Source: a virus
Lineage: Duplodnaviria; Caudoviricetes
DNA length: 57,780 nt
Strand: one strand, 5' to 3'
Virus record (IMG/VR): IMGVR_UViG_3300032308_000478
Span: 1-57,780 of that record
In this document: piece by piece, positions 7,621-17,128 of the stretch
Layout of the letters: each line of letters opens with the position of its first letter
Numbering within the stretch: the stretch's first letter is position 1
Translations under genes and position numbers: made by a program
Notes under the pieces: generated by a model
Database searches by the model: none
Told to the model about the DNA's origin: nothing
The model's input: only the letters and a program-made list of their open reading frames with translations

Positions 7621-7649
7621 AGATTGGCACATCTAATCGAACAAGTCAA
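7621..7649 (-). promoter_or_regulatory. Early promoter P1
   Basis: TTGACT-N17-CAATCT, then a hairpin and TGTTTGACAT; flanked by the inverted repeat ATCGAACAA/TTGTTCGAT. Confidence 0.6.
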
Positions 7650-7836
7650 GCGCGTGTTTGTTCGATCAAACGAGCGAAAGGCATAACCTGCGCGGCAGTG
7701 CGGCCCCGTAGGGGGAGGGGGGCAGTCGGACCGGTCGCGCGCACCACCCCCCATGATGGTAAACCGCACAAAGCACACCCCAAAAATCCAAAATGTAAAG
7801 TTTCATACCCTTTTCCTACCCCTTCCCCCCACCCCC

Positions 7837-7870
7837 TTGATTTGTTCTTAACTGCCGCGTATCATCCACA
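7837..7870 (+). promoter_or_regulatory. Rightward (packaging/late) promoter, probably leaderless
   Basis: TTGATT-N17-TATCAT with the ATG 6 nt after the -10 and no SD sequence. Confidence 0.6.
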
Positions 7871-7871
7871 T

Positions 7872-8366
7872 ATGGACAGATCCGCTATCCTGCACACAAG
7901 ATGGTCCGACCGACTGGCGTTTGACCTAGCCCTCTGTCTGGAAGGCAGTGGCGAACCTATCAATGATATACTTAGCAGGCACAACCTGTCCCCATCCGAC
8001 CTCATGGGGTTCAACGCCGACCCGGTATTCCTCAAGCGGGTGGAGAGCTACCGGGAAGAGATCATCAGCAAGGGCATGACGTTCCGCCTCAAGGCGAGGG
8101 CGCAGGCTGAAGAACTCCTGACAACATCGTGGTTGCTGATACACGACCCGTCCGTATCGCCTGCCGTCAAGGCCGACCTGATCAAGTCAACGGTCAAGTG
8201 GGGCGGGCTGGAGCCCAAGGGCGATAGTGGCGAGGCGGGCTCTGGTGGCGTCAGGATAAGCATCAACCTTGGAGGACAGGACCTCCCCATGACGATCATC
8301 GATCACGATCCTGCCCGTATCCCTGCCTCGGCAAGCGCATCAGGGTGGGCGCTGGATGAAAGCTAA
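7872..8366 (+). CDS. terS: Terminase small subunit (putative)
   Basis: 164 aa from MDRSAIL; helical, C-terminal beta strand VRISINL; upstream of TerL. Confidence 0.7.
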   Translation: MDRSAILHTRWSDRLAFDLALCLEGSGEPINDILSRHNLSPSDLMGFNADPVFLKRVESYREEIISKGMTFRLKARAQAEELLTTSWLLIHDPSVSPAVKADLIKSTVKWGGLEPKGDSGEAGSGGVRISINLGGQDLPMTIIDHDPARIPASASASGWALDES

Positions 8367-8547
8367 GCTGGACCCCGACGTAGTAGACTTCCTGTGGATC
8401 AGCGACTATGAAGCCTATGTCAGACAACTTATCGAACTAAAGGAATCTTATCAGACTAAAGTTATAAAGGGTAACCGCAAATCCCCCAGACGTATAAGGG
8501 TCATACGGCTTAGCCAGAAAGAAGCCCCTGACCATGGAACCGATTGA
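8356..8547 (+). CDS. Hypothetical protein
   Basis: 63 aa, overlaps both terS and terL ends. Confidence 0.6.
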   Translation: MKAKLDPDVVDFLWISDYEAYVRQLIELKESYQTKVIKGNRKSPRRIRVIRLSQKEAPDHGTD

Positions 8548-9916
8548 ATTTACACCGCCGCCAACTGGCAGGAAGTTCATGTTGTCGGACGCCAAGATGC
8601 GCGTTCTCATGGGACCGGTGGGGTCTGGCAAGAGCGTGACGTGCTGCTTTGAGATCCTGCGTCGGGCCAGCATGCAGCAGCCAGACTCCAAGGGTAAAAG
8701 GCGTACACGCTGTGCGGTTGTTCGTGAGACCGTGCGTCAGTTGACAGACACGACAATCAAGACGTTCCTCGACTGGTTCCCCGATGGGGTGTGCGGCACG
8801 TTCATGCGGACCACCAAGACGTACTATCTGAAGCTGGGGGACGTCGAGTGTGAGATCATGTTCAGGGCGCTGGATGACGCCGACGACGTGGCTAACCTGA
8901 ACTCGCTGGAATTGACATTTGCTTGGTTCAACGAGTGCCGGGACATCCACCCGGACATTGTCGATGCAATGTCTAAACGTATCGGGAGGTTCCCGTCAAA
9001 GAAGGACGGGGGGCCGACTTGGCATGGCATGTGGGCAGATACCAACCCTCCCACCATGGAGACGTGGTGGTACTACCAGATGGAGCATCTGGATCCCAAG
9101 GACGGCGTCTCGGCTAACAACAACAAGTGGGAGTTGTTCAGGCAACCGTCAGGGCGGTCGCCCTTGGCGGAGAACGTGGAGAACCTGCCGGAAGGGTACT
9201 ACGACACAACCGGGCGGTCGGATGAGTATGTCAGGGTTTACATTGATGGAGACTACGGCCTAAGCTCTGCGGGCAAGCCGGTCTACAAGTACTTCCGGCC
9301 AGACTACCACATGGCGAAAGGTAGCCTGCGACACATATCAAACGGCGTCAGGCCGCTTGTGGTGGGGATGGACCTTGGTCTGACGCCTGCGGCTGTGCTG
9401 GGGCAGATGGATCCTAGGGGCAGGGCGCTGGTGCTTGCCGAGGCGGTGAGCTTCGACATGGGGGTGCAGAGGTTCGTAAGGACGGTGCTGAAGCCCCTGC
9501 TCTATGAGAGGTTTCCCGGCATGTCGGTGCTTATCGTCACGGATCCGGCAGGCATACAGAGGGCGCAGACGGACGAGCGCAGTGCGGTGGACATCATCAA
9601 GGCAGAGGGCTTCAAGGTCATACCTGCCAAGACCAACAACATCTCTGCACGGGTTAACGCGGTCGATGACTATCTCATGCGGCAGGTTGACGGGGACGCT
9701 GCGTTCTTGGTTGACCCAAGATGTACACAGCTTAAAGCGGCCATGATGGGTGGGTACCGTTACCACAAGAAGAACGAGACCATAGACAAGAACAAGCACT
9801 CCCACATCGCCGAAGCCCTGCAGTACTTCATGCTGCACGTCATGTCGGCCAGTGACGGGGGGCTGGTTACCAAGGCGCGGGAGATCAAGACAGTTTCTGC
9901 GGCGGGCTGGACATAG
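8534..9916 (+). CDS. terL: Terminase large subunit
   Basis: Walker A GPVGSGKS, Walker B AWFNE, motif III DTNP, nuclease GMDLG and SHIAEALQY. Confidence 0.95.
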   Translation: MEPIEFTPPPTGRKFMLSDAKMRVLMGPVGSGKSVTCCFEILRRASMQQPDSKGKRRTRCAVVRETVRQLTDTTIKTFLDWFPDGVCGTFMRTTKTYYLKLGDVECEIMFRALDDADDVANLNSLELTFAWFNECRDIHPDIVDAMSKRIGRFPSKKDGGPTWHGMWADTNPPTMETWWYYQMEHLDPKDGVSANNNKWELFRQPSGRSPLAENVENLPEGYYDTTGRSDEYVRVYIDGDYGLSSAGKPVYKYFRPDYHMAKGSLRHISNGVRPLVVGMDLGLTPAAVLGQMDPRGRALVLAEAVSFDMGVQRFVRTVLKPLLYERFPGMSVLIVTDPAGIQRAQTDERSAVDIIKAEGFKVIPAKTNNISARVNAVDDYLMRQVDGDAAFLVDPRCTQLKAAMMGGYRYHKKNETIDKNKHSHIAEALQYFMLHVMSASDGGLVTKAREIKTVSAAGWT

Positions 9917-9992
9917 CCCCTGTGGCGTGTTAGGCAGGTGGTCTGGCCGAGGTCCCCCCCCCTTCTCGGTCAGGTGGGTCCGTGTGTCCCTG

Positions 9993-10023
9993 TCCCCTCG
10001 CCTAATCAGCGGGGGGATTTTTT
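9993..10023 (+). terminator. Intrinsic terminator after terL
   Basis: TCCCCTCGC..GCGGGGGGA-TTTTTT. Confidence 0.75.
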
Positions 10024-10026
10024 CGC

Positions 10027-10069
10027 TTGCATAGCGAATAACAAGTGTGTACTATGCGAACGCATAGTA
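10027..10069 (+). promoter_or_regulatory. Promoter for structural genes with a palindrome over -10/+1
   Basis: TTGCAT-N17-TACTAT; TACTATGCG-AA-CGCATAGTA inverted repeat. Confidence 0.65.
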
Positions 10070-10082
10070 GCGGGAGACACGC

Positions 10083-10454
10083 ATGACGCTGGGCACGTAT
10101 GACGCGAAGCCGGTTGGCTCCCAGATGGTTGAGACCACGACTGTCACTATCGCCAACGGAGCGAGCCTGTCCGGAGCGGTGGACCTCAAGGGGCGTAAGC
10201 TTGTGGCCATTATCATGCCAGCATCGTGGACTGCGGCCAGCCTCACATTCCAAGGCAGTGTCAACGACACGGACTACTTCAATGTCTACGACGGTGCGAC
10301 GGAGCGGGCACTTACTGTAGCGGCGTCCTACTATAGCTCACTGGCCATTGGCGACTGGGTTGGGTTCAGGCACCTCAAGATCCGCTCCGGCACGGCAGCG
10401 TCGGCGGTCAACCAAGGCGGAGCGAGGGTGATCACTCTGGTGGTGCAGCCTTGA
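10083..10454 (+). CDS. Putative virion decoration/beta-sandwich protein
   Basis: 123 aa, beta-rich, GGGAG RBS. Confidence 0.65.
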   Translation: MTLGTYDAKPVGSQMVETTTVTIANGASLSGAVDLKGRKLVAIIMPASWTAASLTFQGSVNDTDYFNVYDGATERALTVAASYYSSLAIGDWVGFRHLKIRSGTAASAVNQGGARVITLVVQP

Positions 10455-11233
10455 GTATTCTTGCGCTTTGGCTGAAGCGTGGGTTCTTGGGCGGGGCGGC
10501 TCCTCCGGTCCCCATCGCGATTGAATACCTGATGATCGGTGGCTCGGGCAGCGGCGTTGTGGGGGCGGGCGGCGGCGGCGCAGGCGGATATCTCACAGGC
10601 TCATCTACGCTGACAAACAACACATATCCTGTCGTTGTAGGTGCCGGTGCTGGTATTGGCGGCAATGGAAACGACACAACTTTTAATTCGTTGACCGCTT
10701 ACAAAGGCGGCGCAGGTTATCAATATCAAAACGCACCTGCCGGTAATTTCGGGTCAACAGGCGGCAACAGCACTGGTACGCGAGCCACACCTTCGCAGGG
10801 TTTTATCGGCGGATCAGGTGTGGAAATTATTCCGCCCGGCAATCTTTGTTGCGGCGGCGGTGGGGGGGCTGGTGGGGCTGGTACGAATGGCACAAATTCT
10901 GGTGCCACGGCAACTCCCGGGAACGGCGGTGCTGGCCTTGCATCGTCTATTACAGGCTCTTCTGTTTATCGCGGTGGCGGCGGTCCCGGAAGCGGGTATG
11001 ACGGCGATCCGGGCCAAGCCTATCGTGCAGGTTCGTTTGCCTCTCCGTATGCTAGCGGAGAAAATACTGGGGGCGGAAACGCAGCCGGGCAACCGGGCAA
11101 TAGCGGTGTTTTCATTATCCGTTATCTGACCGCAGACGCCACTGGAAGAACGATTACTGGCGGCACGAAGACGACAAGCGGCAGTTATCAGGTGCACAGT
11201 TTTACAAGCTCTGGCAATTTCGTGGTGGCATGA
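10451..11233 (+). CDS. Glycine-rich fibre/virion protein
   Basis: GGGGAGG repeats and GG SG.VIIRY / YQVHSFT motifs typical of phage glycine-rich domains. Confidence 0.75.
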   Translation: MSILALWLKRGFLGGAAPPVPIAIEYLMIGGSGSGVVGAGGGGAGGYLTGSSTLTNNTYPVVVGAGAGIGGNGNDTTFNSLTAYKGGAGYQYQNAPAGNFGSTGGNSTGTRATPSQGFIGGSGVEIIPPGNLCCGGGGGAGGAGTNGTNSGATATPGNGGAGLASSITGSSVYRGGGGPGSGYDGDPGQAYRAGSFASPYASGENTGGGNAAGQPGNSGVFIIRYLTADATGRTITGGTKTTSGSYQVHSFTSSGNFVVA

Positions 11234-11580
11234 TGGCACACTTTGCAAAACTCGATGAGAACGACATCGTCACCGCTGTGATCGTGGTGAACAATGACTG
11301 GCTGCTCTTGGACGGCGTCGAAGACGAGGCGACCGGCATCGCCGCGCTGCAAGCGTGGAGCAGCTGGCAGCATTGGGCGCAGACCAGCTACAACAACAAC
11401 ATCCGTTTCAGGTACGCCGGTACTGGCTACACATTTGACCGCGTCCGCGATGCATTCATTGCGCCCCAGCCTTATCCCTCATGGGTACTGGACGAGGCGA
11501 CAACCGACTGGACCGCACCTGTACCAATGCCAGAAGAAGGTTTCTGGCGCTGGGATGAAGAGACATTGAGTTGGGTTTAA
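11230..11580 (+). CDS. Fibre-associated/chaperone-like protein
   Basis: MAHFAKLD..QTSYN..YAG.GYT.D..DAFI.PQPYPSW family typically paired with glycine-rich fibres. Confidence 0.75.
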   Translation: MMAHFAKLDENDIVTAVIVVNNDWLLLDGVEDEATGIAALQAWSSWQHWAQTSYNNNIRFRYAGTGYTFDRVRDAFIAPQPYPSWVLDEATTDWTAPVPMPEEGFWRWDEETLSWV

Positions 11581-11614
11581 ATCCAGTCGATGATCGTAGG
11601 AAGGTGACGCTACT

Positions 11615-12421
11615 ATGACTACTATGAATATCTACGATATGACTGATACGTGGAACGTGGGAGGCACCACGTTTAGCGCGATTAAAATGAACATCACCGA
11701 CACCGCCTCCGCTGCGGCCAGCCTGCTGATCGATCTCCAGACCGGTGGCGTCAGCCGGTTCAGCATCCGCAAGGACGGCGCGTTGATCACCGGTTCGGTT
11801 GCTCTTAGCAGCGTGACGGGTCTGGGCACGGGTGTCGCAACGGCGCTTGCCATTGCGGTAGGCTCTGCGGGGGCTCCCGTAGTCAACGGCGGCGCGCTGG
11901 GTACGCCTTCGAGCGGCACACTCACCAACGCCACGGGGCTACCTGAAACTGGTATTACACTAGCAGCCAACAGCGTGCCTGCGCGGGCAGCGGGAACAAG
12001 CGGAGCTGCGAGTGCGGTAGCCTTGACCGCATCGCAACTACTTGGTCGTGGTTCAACCGGGGACGTAGCGGCAATTGGTTTGGGCTCAGGTCTATCAATG
12101 TCGGGTACGACGCTGTCGGCATCTAGTACGGGAATAAGTGTCGCTGCAAGACAAACGGCCAATTTCAACGCAGTAGCATCAACTTTGTATCCTGTCGACA
12201 CAACAAGTGGAGCGATTACGGCCACACTTCCTGCAAGTCCTGCACAAGGTGACCGGATTGGGTTCTACGACGCAGCAGGAACGTGGGACACGAACAACCT
12301 GACCATTGGTCGCAACGGCAAAAACATCGTTGGCGCTGCGCTTGATCTGGTCGCAAACGTTGAGTGGGTCGGCTTTACGCTGGCTTGGGACGCAACAAGA
12401 GGATGGGCGATAGCACAATGA
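11615..12421 (+). CDS. Fibre-like virion protein
   Basis: Ser/Thr/Gly/Ala-rich; LGTPSSGTLTNATGLP and VDT.SGA.T.TLPASP..GD motifs. Confidence 0.75.
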   Translation: MTTMNIYDMTDTWNVGGTTFSAIKMNITDTASAAASLLIDLQTGGVSRFSIRKDGALITGSVALSSVTGLGTGVATALAIAVGSAGAPVVNGGALGTPSSGTLTNATGLPETGITLAANSVPARAAGTSGAASAVALTASQLLGRGSTGDVAAIGLGSGLSMSGTTLSASSTGISVAARQTANFNAVASTLYPVDTTSGAITATLPASPAQGDRIGFYDAAGTWDTNNLTIGRNGKNIVGAALDLVANVEWVGFTLAWDATRGWAIAQ

Positions 12422-12693
12422 CAACTTTAAGTTCTCTGAGAAGCGGGATCAAATCCATACAGACCGGATCATTTACGGTCGGCTCCACTCTTAGTACAAA
12501 CACGGCGACAATTTCGTCAGTAAGCACCACAAAGTCGGTTGTGCTCTGGAACGGCCAAAGTACAAACTCCAATTTAGATTCAGCTTCTATTCAAATGCGC
12601 GTTGAGTTAACTAACGCAACAACGGTAACCGCAACTCGCGGCGGCACTTCTGGAAATACCACCGTGTCCTATACAGTCGTGGAGTTCAATTGA
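12418..12693 (+). CDS. Small fibre-tip/beta protein
   Basis: Start MTTLSS at 12418 (ATGA overlap); IKSIQTG..VVEF. Confidence 0.7.
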   Translation: MTTLSSLRSGIKSIQTGSFTVGSTLSTNTATISSVSTTKSVVLWNGQSTNSNLDSASIQMRVELTNATTVTATRGGTSGNTTVSYTVVEFN

Positions 12694-12866
12694 TGCGCTA
12701 CGCACAAATTAACTCAGCTGGAATCTGCGAAGGCATTCTCAACACACCAAACGCCATCGACGCCGCGCATATGATCCTCCTACCCGAGGGTTCTAAAGCT
12801 ACCCTTTTCTGGAGCTATGACGGGACCACATGGACAGCTCCGCAGCCTGAACCTGAACAAGAGTAA
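12693..12866 (+). CDS. Small fibre-assembly chaperone-like protein (57 aa; not in ORF track)
   Basis: MRYAQINSAGICEG..WSYDGTTWTAP; TGATG coupling. Confidence 0.7.
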   Translation: MRYAQINSAGICEGILNTPNAIDAAHMILLPEGSKATLFWSYDGTTWTAPQPEPEQE

Positions 12867-12868
12867 TC

Positions 12869-14914
12869 ATGGTCGATACCTCATTGCTCCGGGTTATGAG
12901 CAACGTAGCCCTTACGGCTGCGGAGAAGGAGGCCATCGAGCGAGACCTGTCAGATAGGCAGAACAGCCCTGTTATTCTTGGGTTATCTGCTTATCTGCGC
13001 AGGTGCTGGGACGCAGCTAAAGAAGCCAAGAAGCCTATCGAGTACATCATGCTCGATAGTATGAGGCAGCGTAACGGCGAGTATGACGCATCAAAACGCA
13101 AGCAGATTTCATCTGTAGGTGGGTCGGACATCTTCATGATGCTGACGGAGGTCAAGTGCCGGGCAGCAGAAAGCTGGCTCCGCGACATCCTCATGGATAC
13201 CGGCACACCTCCGTGGGATCTCAGGCCTACACCTATCCCCGCGATTGACCCTAACCGGGAAGCGGCTATTCAGGAGGCGCTTGCACAGGAGATCCTCAAG
13301 ACTATCCAGATGGAGGGCATGGCCCCAACGCCTGAGCAGATGGAACAGCTGAAGGAAGTTCTGGCGCAGGACTTCAGGTTCAAACTGCTGCAAGAAGCAC
13401 AAAATCGCTCCGACCAGATGAAGATCAAGATCGATGACCAGTTCGCGCAAGGCGGCTGGGCCGATGCGTTCAACGACTTTATCACAGACCTCGTTACGTT
13501 CCCGTGCGCTTTTGTTAAAGGTCCGGTTGTCCGTCGCCAACGCGTACTGGGGTGGACGACCGCAGCAGATGGAACGACGGTTGCTGAGCCTACCGAGCGG
13601 CTGGCCCCTGAGTTTGAGCGCGTCGATCCGTTCAGGATCTACCCGGAACCCAAGATTACCAAAATCAACGAGGGGTATCTGTTCGAACATCATCCGCTGT
13701 CGCGCATGTCCCTTGCAGATTTGATCGGCGTACCCGGATACGACGATGAAGCTATACGTAAAGTACTTGAAATCGGCAACGTATCCAGCTGGATTAACGA
13801 GGACGTAGAGCTGGTTAAGAATGATCTGGAGCGAAAGTTCTATTCATACCGGTCTCCGACCGAAACTTTCGACGTTCTTGAGTTCTGGGGTAAGGTCAGC
13901 GGCAAAATGCTTCGCGAGTGGGGCCTGCCGGAGACAGAAGTACCCGATGAAGCGCAGGAATACGACGCAAATGTATGGATGTCGGGTAACTACGTACTGA
14001 AAGCGGTGCTGAATTACGACCCGCTAGGCGAAAAACCCTACGCAAAGACCTCTTTTATCAAGGTTCCGGGTGCTTTTTGGGGTAAATCTATCCCGGAAAT
14101 CCTGAAAGACGTGCAATCTGTGTGTAATGCGGCGGCTAGAGCCCTCGTAAACAACATGGGTATCGCTTCCGGACCCCAAGTTGAGGTGAATCTGGAGCGT
14201 ATTCCGCCAAATGAGGACATTACGCAGATCCATCCGTGGAAAATCTGGCAGGTAACCAACGATCCACTGGGATCCAACGCTCCTGCGGTCCGATTTAACC
14301 AGCCAAACGACAATGCGCAGACCTTGATGGCGGTTTACGAGCGTTTTAGCAGGCTAGCGGACGATCATTCCGGTATTCCGGCGTATGTTTACGGCGATAT
14401 GAACGTTCAGGGCGCAGGACGCACGGCTTCCGGACTGTCAATGCTCATGGGGTCTGCGGGTAAAGGTATCCGACAGATCGTGATGCATATTGACAACGAT
14501 ATTGTAAAGAATATGGTGCAACGGCAGTTTATATATAACATGCGGTACGATGAAGACGAGGCAATCAAGGGTGATGCCGAGATTGTACCGATGGGCGCAG
14601 TCAATCTAGCCGTCAAAGAGACGGTTATGGTGAGGAGAATCGAGTTCTTGAACGCCACGGCCAACCAGTTCGACATGGAGATTGTCGGTAAGGAAGGACG
14701 CGCTGCTATTCTGCGCGAAGTGGCCAAGTCCCTGCAGATGCCGGTGGATGAGATCATTCCGTCTAGGGAGAAGGCGGCGCACAATACACGAAACGCAGCT
14801 GCTATGGCCGCGCAACAGCCTGCGGCGTCTGCCCCTACCCAGCCGGGAGGGCAACCCAAGGGCGGTATGGACGGGAACATAGTCAGCAACCGGGATAGCG
14901 GGGCAGCTGGATGA
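12869..14914 (+). CDS. Portal protein
   Basis: 681 aa; F.RVDPF, FWGKSI.E and RTASG.SMLM motifs of P22/T7-like portals. Confidence 0.92.
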   Translation: MVDTSLLRVMSNVALTAAEKEAIERDLSDRQNSPVILGLSAYLRRCWDAAKEAKKPIEYIMLDSMRQRNGEYDASKRKQISSVGGSDIFMMLTEVKCRAAESWLRDILMDTGTPPWDLRPTPIPAIDPNREAAIQEALAQEILKTIQMEGMAPTPEQMEQLKEVLAQDFRFKLLQEAQNRSDQMKIKIDDQFAQGGWADAFNDFITDLVTFPCAFVKGPVVRRQRVLGWTTAADGTTVAEPTERLAPEFERVDPFRIYPEPKITKINEGYLFEHHPLSRMSLADLIGVPGYDDEAIRKVLEIGNVSSWINEDVELVKNDLERKFYSYRSPTETFDVLEFWGKVSGKMLREWGLPETEVPDEAQEYDANVWMSGNYVLKAVLNYDPLGEKPYAKTSFIKVPGAFWGKSIPEILKDVQSVCNAAARALVNNMGIASGPQVEVNLERIPPNEDITQIHPWKIWQVTNDPLGSNAPAVRFNQPNDNAQTLMAVYERFSRLADDHSGIPAYVYGDMNVQGAGRTASGLSMLMGSAGKGIRQIVMHIDNDIVKNMVQRQFIYNMRYDEDEAIKGDAEIVPMGAVNLAVKETVMVRRIEFLNATANQFDMEIVGKEGRAAILREVAKSLQMPVDEIIPSREKAAHNTRNAAAMAAQQPAASAPTQPGGQPKGGMDGNIVSNRDSGAAG

Positions 14915-15150
14915 AACGCCCCGACACAGAGGTTGTAAAAGCGCTGGCGACCGTAGTTCGCCAGCATCCGGGGCTGCTTACTTGGGTAGGCGACTGGCGG
15001 AAGCACGAACAGGAGTCGCTACCTTACGTTGTTAATAACATGGCAGTAGCACAGGGGCGCTGCCAAGTTCTTACGGAGCTTCATAAGCTCATGTTAGATG
15101 CCCCTGATCTTGCGGCACAACCCATCAGGGTAGCGGCAGGTAACTTTTAA
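14911..15150 (+). CDS. Hypothetical protein after the portal
   Basis: 79 aa with QGR motif, coupled to the portal. Confidence 0.75.
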   Translation: MKRPDTEVVKALATVVRQHPGLLTWVGDWRKHEQESLPYVVNNMAVAQGRCQVLTELHKLMLDAPDLAAQPIRVAAGNF

Positions 15151-15177
15151 TTACGCACACCGATAGGAGCGTTCAAC

Positions 15178-16179
15178 GTGGCACTACCAGAGCAGGTTCG
15201 GAAACAGTCTGAGGCAGTTCAGCAGTTGTATATGGAACTCAACCAAGAAGTGACGGGTAACAACCCGGAAGCCTCTTCGGGAGAGGGAGCAACTGTTGCC
15301 GACAGTGGTACGGACACTGCGCAACCGCGCGCCCAAAACGAGCAAAACCGGGCGAGCAACCAACAAGGAGAATCGTTCGAACAGAAGTACCGTACATTGC
15401 AGGGTATGTACAACGCAGAAGTACCTCGTATGCACGCTCAGAACAGAGAGTTGCAGAGCAGGGTTTCTGAGTTGGAAAAGCTACTCGCTTCTTTTTCCAC
15501 GCAGCAGCAATCAGCGCCATCGCCTCAACCCGTAGTTGGTAACCTCGTTACCGACAAGGACATTGAAGAGTACGGCGATTCTATTGATGTTATGCGTAAA
15601 GTAAGCAGGGAAGAAGCGGCAGCTGCGCAAACCCGCGTAGCAGAACTGGAAATGGCTATCAGGCAACTGCAGACCTCCATGGTCCCCCGTGTGGAGCAAC
15701 TTGCCGCTAATCACGCCCAGTCTCGCGAGCAGCAGTTTTGGACGGAACTTGGTTCGCATGTACCTCAGTGGGCGTCTATCAACGAAGATCCGGATTTCCG
15801 GGCTTGGTTGCTGGAAGTTGACCCCCTGACAGGGCTTACACGGCAGGTATATCTGGAAGACGCTCAGCGTAATATGGATGCACGCCGCGTGGCTAATTTC
15901 TTCAATAGTTGGTCTGGTTCATCTGGAGCAGTAAGTGCACAAGTTGCTCAAACCAGTCGGAAGGTTCAGACTTCTGAGTTAGATATGCAAATTGCTCCCG
16001 GACGTGGAAGGACGGCAGCGCCTGTAAATTCTAACACTGTTACCTATACACCAATGGACATCAGGAAGTTCTTCGATGATGTCCGTTCTGGTAAGTACAG
16101 AGGTAAAGAAGCTGAACGCGACCGTCTTGAACGAGACATTTTCGCTGCACAGCGAGAAGGTCGAATAGTCGCTGCATAA
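15178..16179 (+). CDS. Scaffolding protein
   Basis: Coiled-coil, YRTLQGMYNAE, C-terminal AQREGRI; immediately upstream of the capsid gene. Confidence 0.8.
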   Translation: MALPEQVRKQSEAVQQLYMELNQEVTGNNPEASSGEGATVADSGTDTAQPRAQNEQNRASNQQGESFEQKYRTLQGMYNAEVPRMHAQNRELQSRVSELEKLLASFSTQQQSAPSPQPVVGNLVTDKDIEEYGDSIDVMRKVSREEAAAAQTRVAELEMAIRQLQTSMVPRVEQLAANHAQSREQQFWTELGSHVPQWASINEDPDFRAWLLEVDPLTGLTRQVYLEDAQRNMDARRVANFFNSWSGSSGAVSAQVAQTSRKVQTSELDMQIAPGRGRTAAPVNSNTVTYTPMDIRKFFDDVRSGKYRGKEAERDRLERDIFAAQREGRIVAA

Positions 16180-16198
16180 TTAACCAAGGAAATCAAAA

Positions 16199-17128
16199 AT
16201 GGCATATCCAAATTCAGTAGGCCGCCCGCAATACTCGGGCAATTTCATTCCCGAAATCTGGTCGGGCAAACTCATCGAAAACTTCTACGACGCTACGGTT
16301 CTCTCGGCTATCTCGAACACCGATTACGAGGGCGAAATCCGTCGTATGGGTGATGCCGTGAACATCCGCACTACGCCGGAAATCACGATCCGTGACTACG
16401 TCAAAGGCCAAACGCTTACGGTCGAGAACCCCGACAAGCCGAAGATCCAGCTTCTCATCGACAAGGGCGAGTACTTTGCCTGCGTCGAGGACGACGTTGA
16501 TCGCATCCAGTCGGATATCAAACTCATGGACACTTGGTCGAAGGACGCTTCCGAGCGCCTCAAGATCAAGATCGACCAGCGCGTTCTGACCGACCTCCTG
16601 CCCGATATCGCCGCGACCAACAAGGGCGCGACGGCGGGCGAGCAGACGGCGTCCTTCAACCTCGGCACGACTGCGTCACCGCGCGCAGTGACCAAGGACG
16701 GCGCTGGCGGTACGGTTCCGGTTATCGACCTCATCGTCGATATGGGCACTGTGCTTGACGAAGCTAACAGCCCCGAAGCAGGACGTTTCCTTGTCATCCC
16801 GGCTAAAATGGCTGGCCTGATCAAGAAGTCCGAACTCAAGGACGCTTCGCTCTCCGGCGATAGCATGACTCCGCTTCGCAACGGACGTCTCGGCATGATT
16901 GACCGCTTCACGCTCTACGTGTCCCACAACCTCAAAGTGGACACTGGCGGTAAGTTCAACCTCATCGCTGGTCACAAGATGGGCTTCACCTTCGCCTCTC
17001 AGATGACGGAGATGGAGACCATCCGTTCCGAGTCCACTTTCGGTAACATTGTCCGTGGCCTTCAGGTCTACGGCTACAAGGTTGTCAAGGGCGAGGCGCT
17101 TGCGCAAGCAGTCGTCACGCTGGCTTAA
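16199..17128 (+). CDS. Major capsid protein (P22-coat-like HK97 fold)
   Basis: FIPEIWSGKL..NTDYEGEI..GD.V.I, GLQVYG.KV; strongly biased codons. Confidence 0.93.
   Translation: MAYPNSVGRPQYSGNFIPEIWSGKLIENFYDATVLSAISNTDYEGEIRRMGDAVNIRTTPEITIRDYVKGQTLTVENPDKPKIQLLIDKGEYFACVEDDVDRIQSDIKLMDTWSKDASERLKIKIDQRVLTDLLPDIAATNKGATAGEQTASFNLGTTASPRAVTKDGAGGTVPVIDLIVDMGTVLDEANSPEAGRFLVIPAKMAGLIKKSELKDASLSGDSMTPLRNGRLGMIDRFTLYVSHNLKVDTGGKFNLIAGHKMGFTFASQMTEMETIRSESTFGNIVRGLQVYGYKVVKGEALAQAVVTLA

Noticed and set aside
7176-7871. N-terminal 232 aa of the 396-aa ORF
   Set aside because: It overlaps promoters, a terminator and an opposite-strand gene; terS more plausibly starts at 7872
9917-9992. Possible tRNA or structured ncRNA after terL
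   Set aside because: Only one hairpin with a C-run; no cloverleaf, T-loop or ribozyme core
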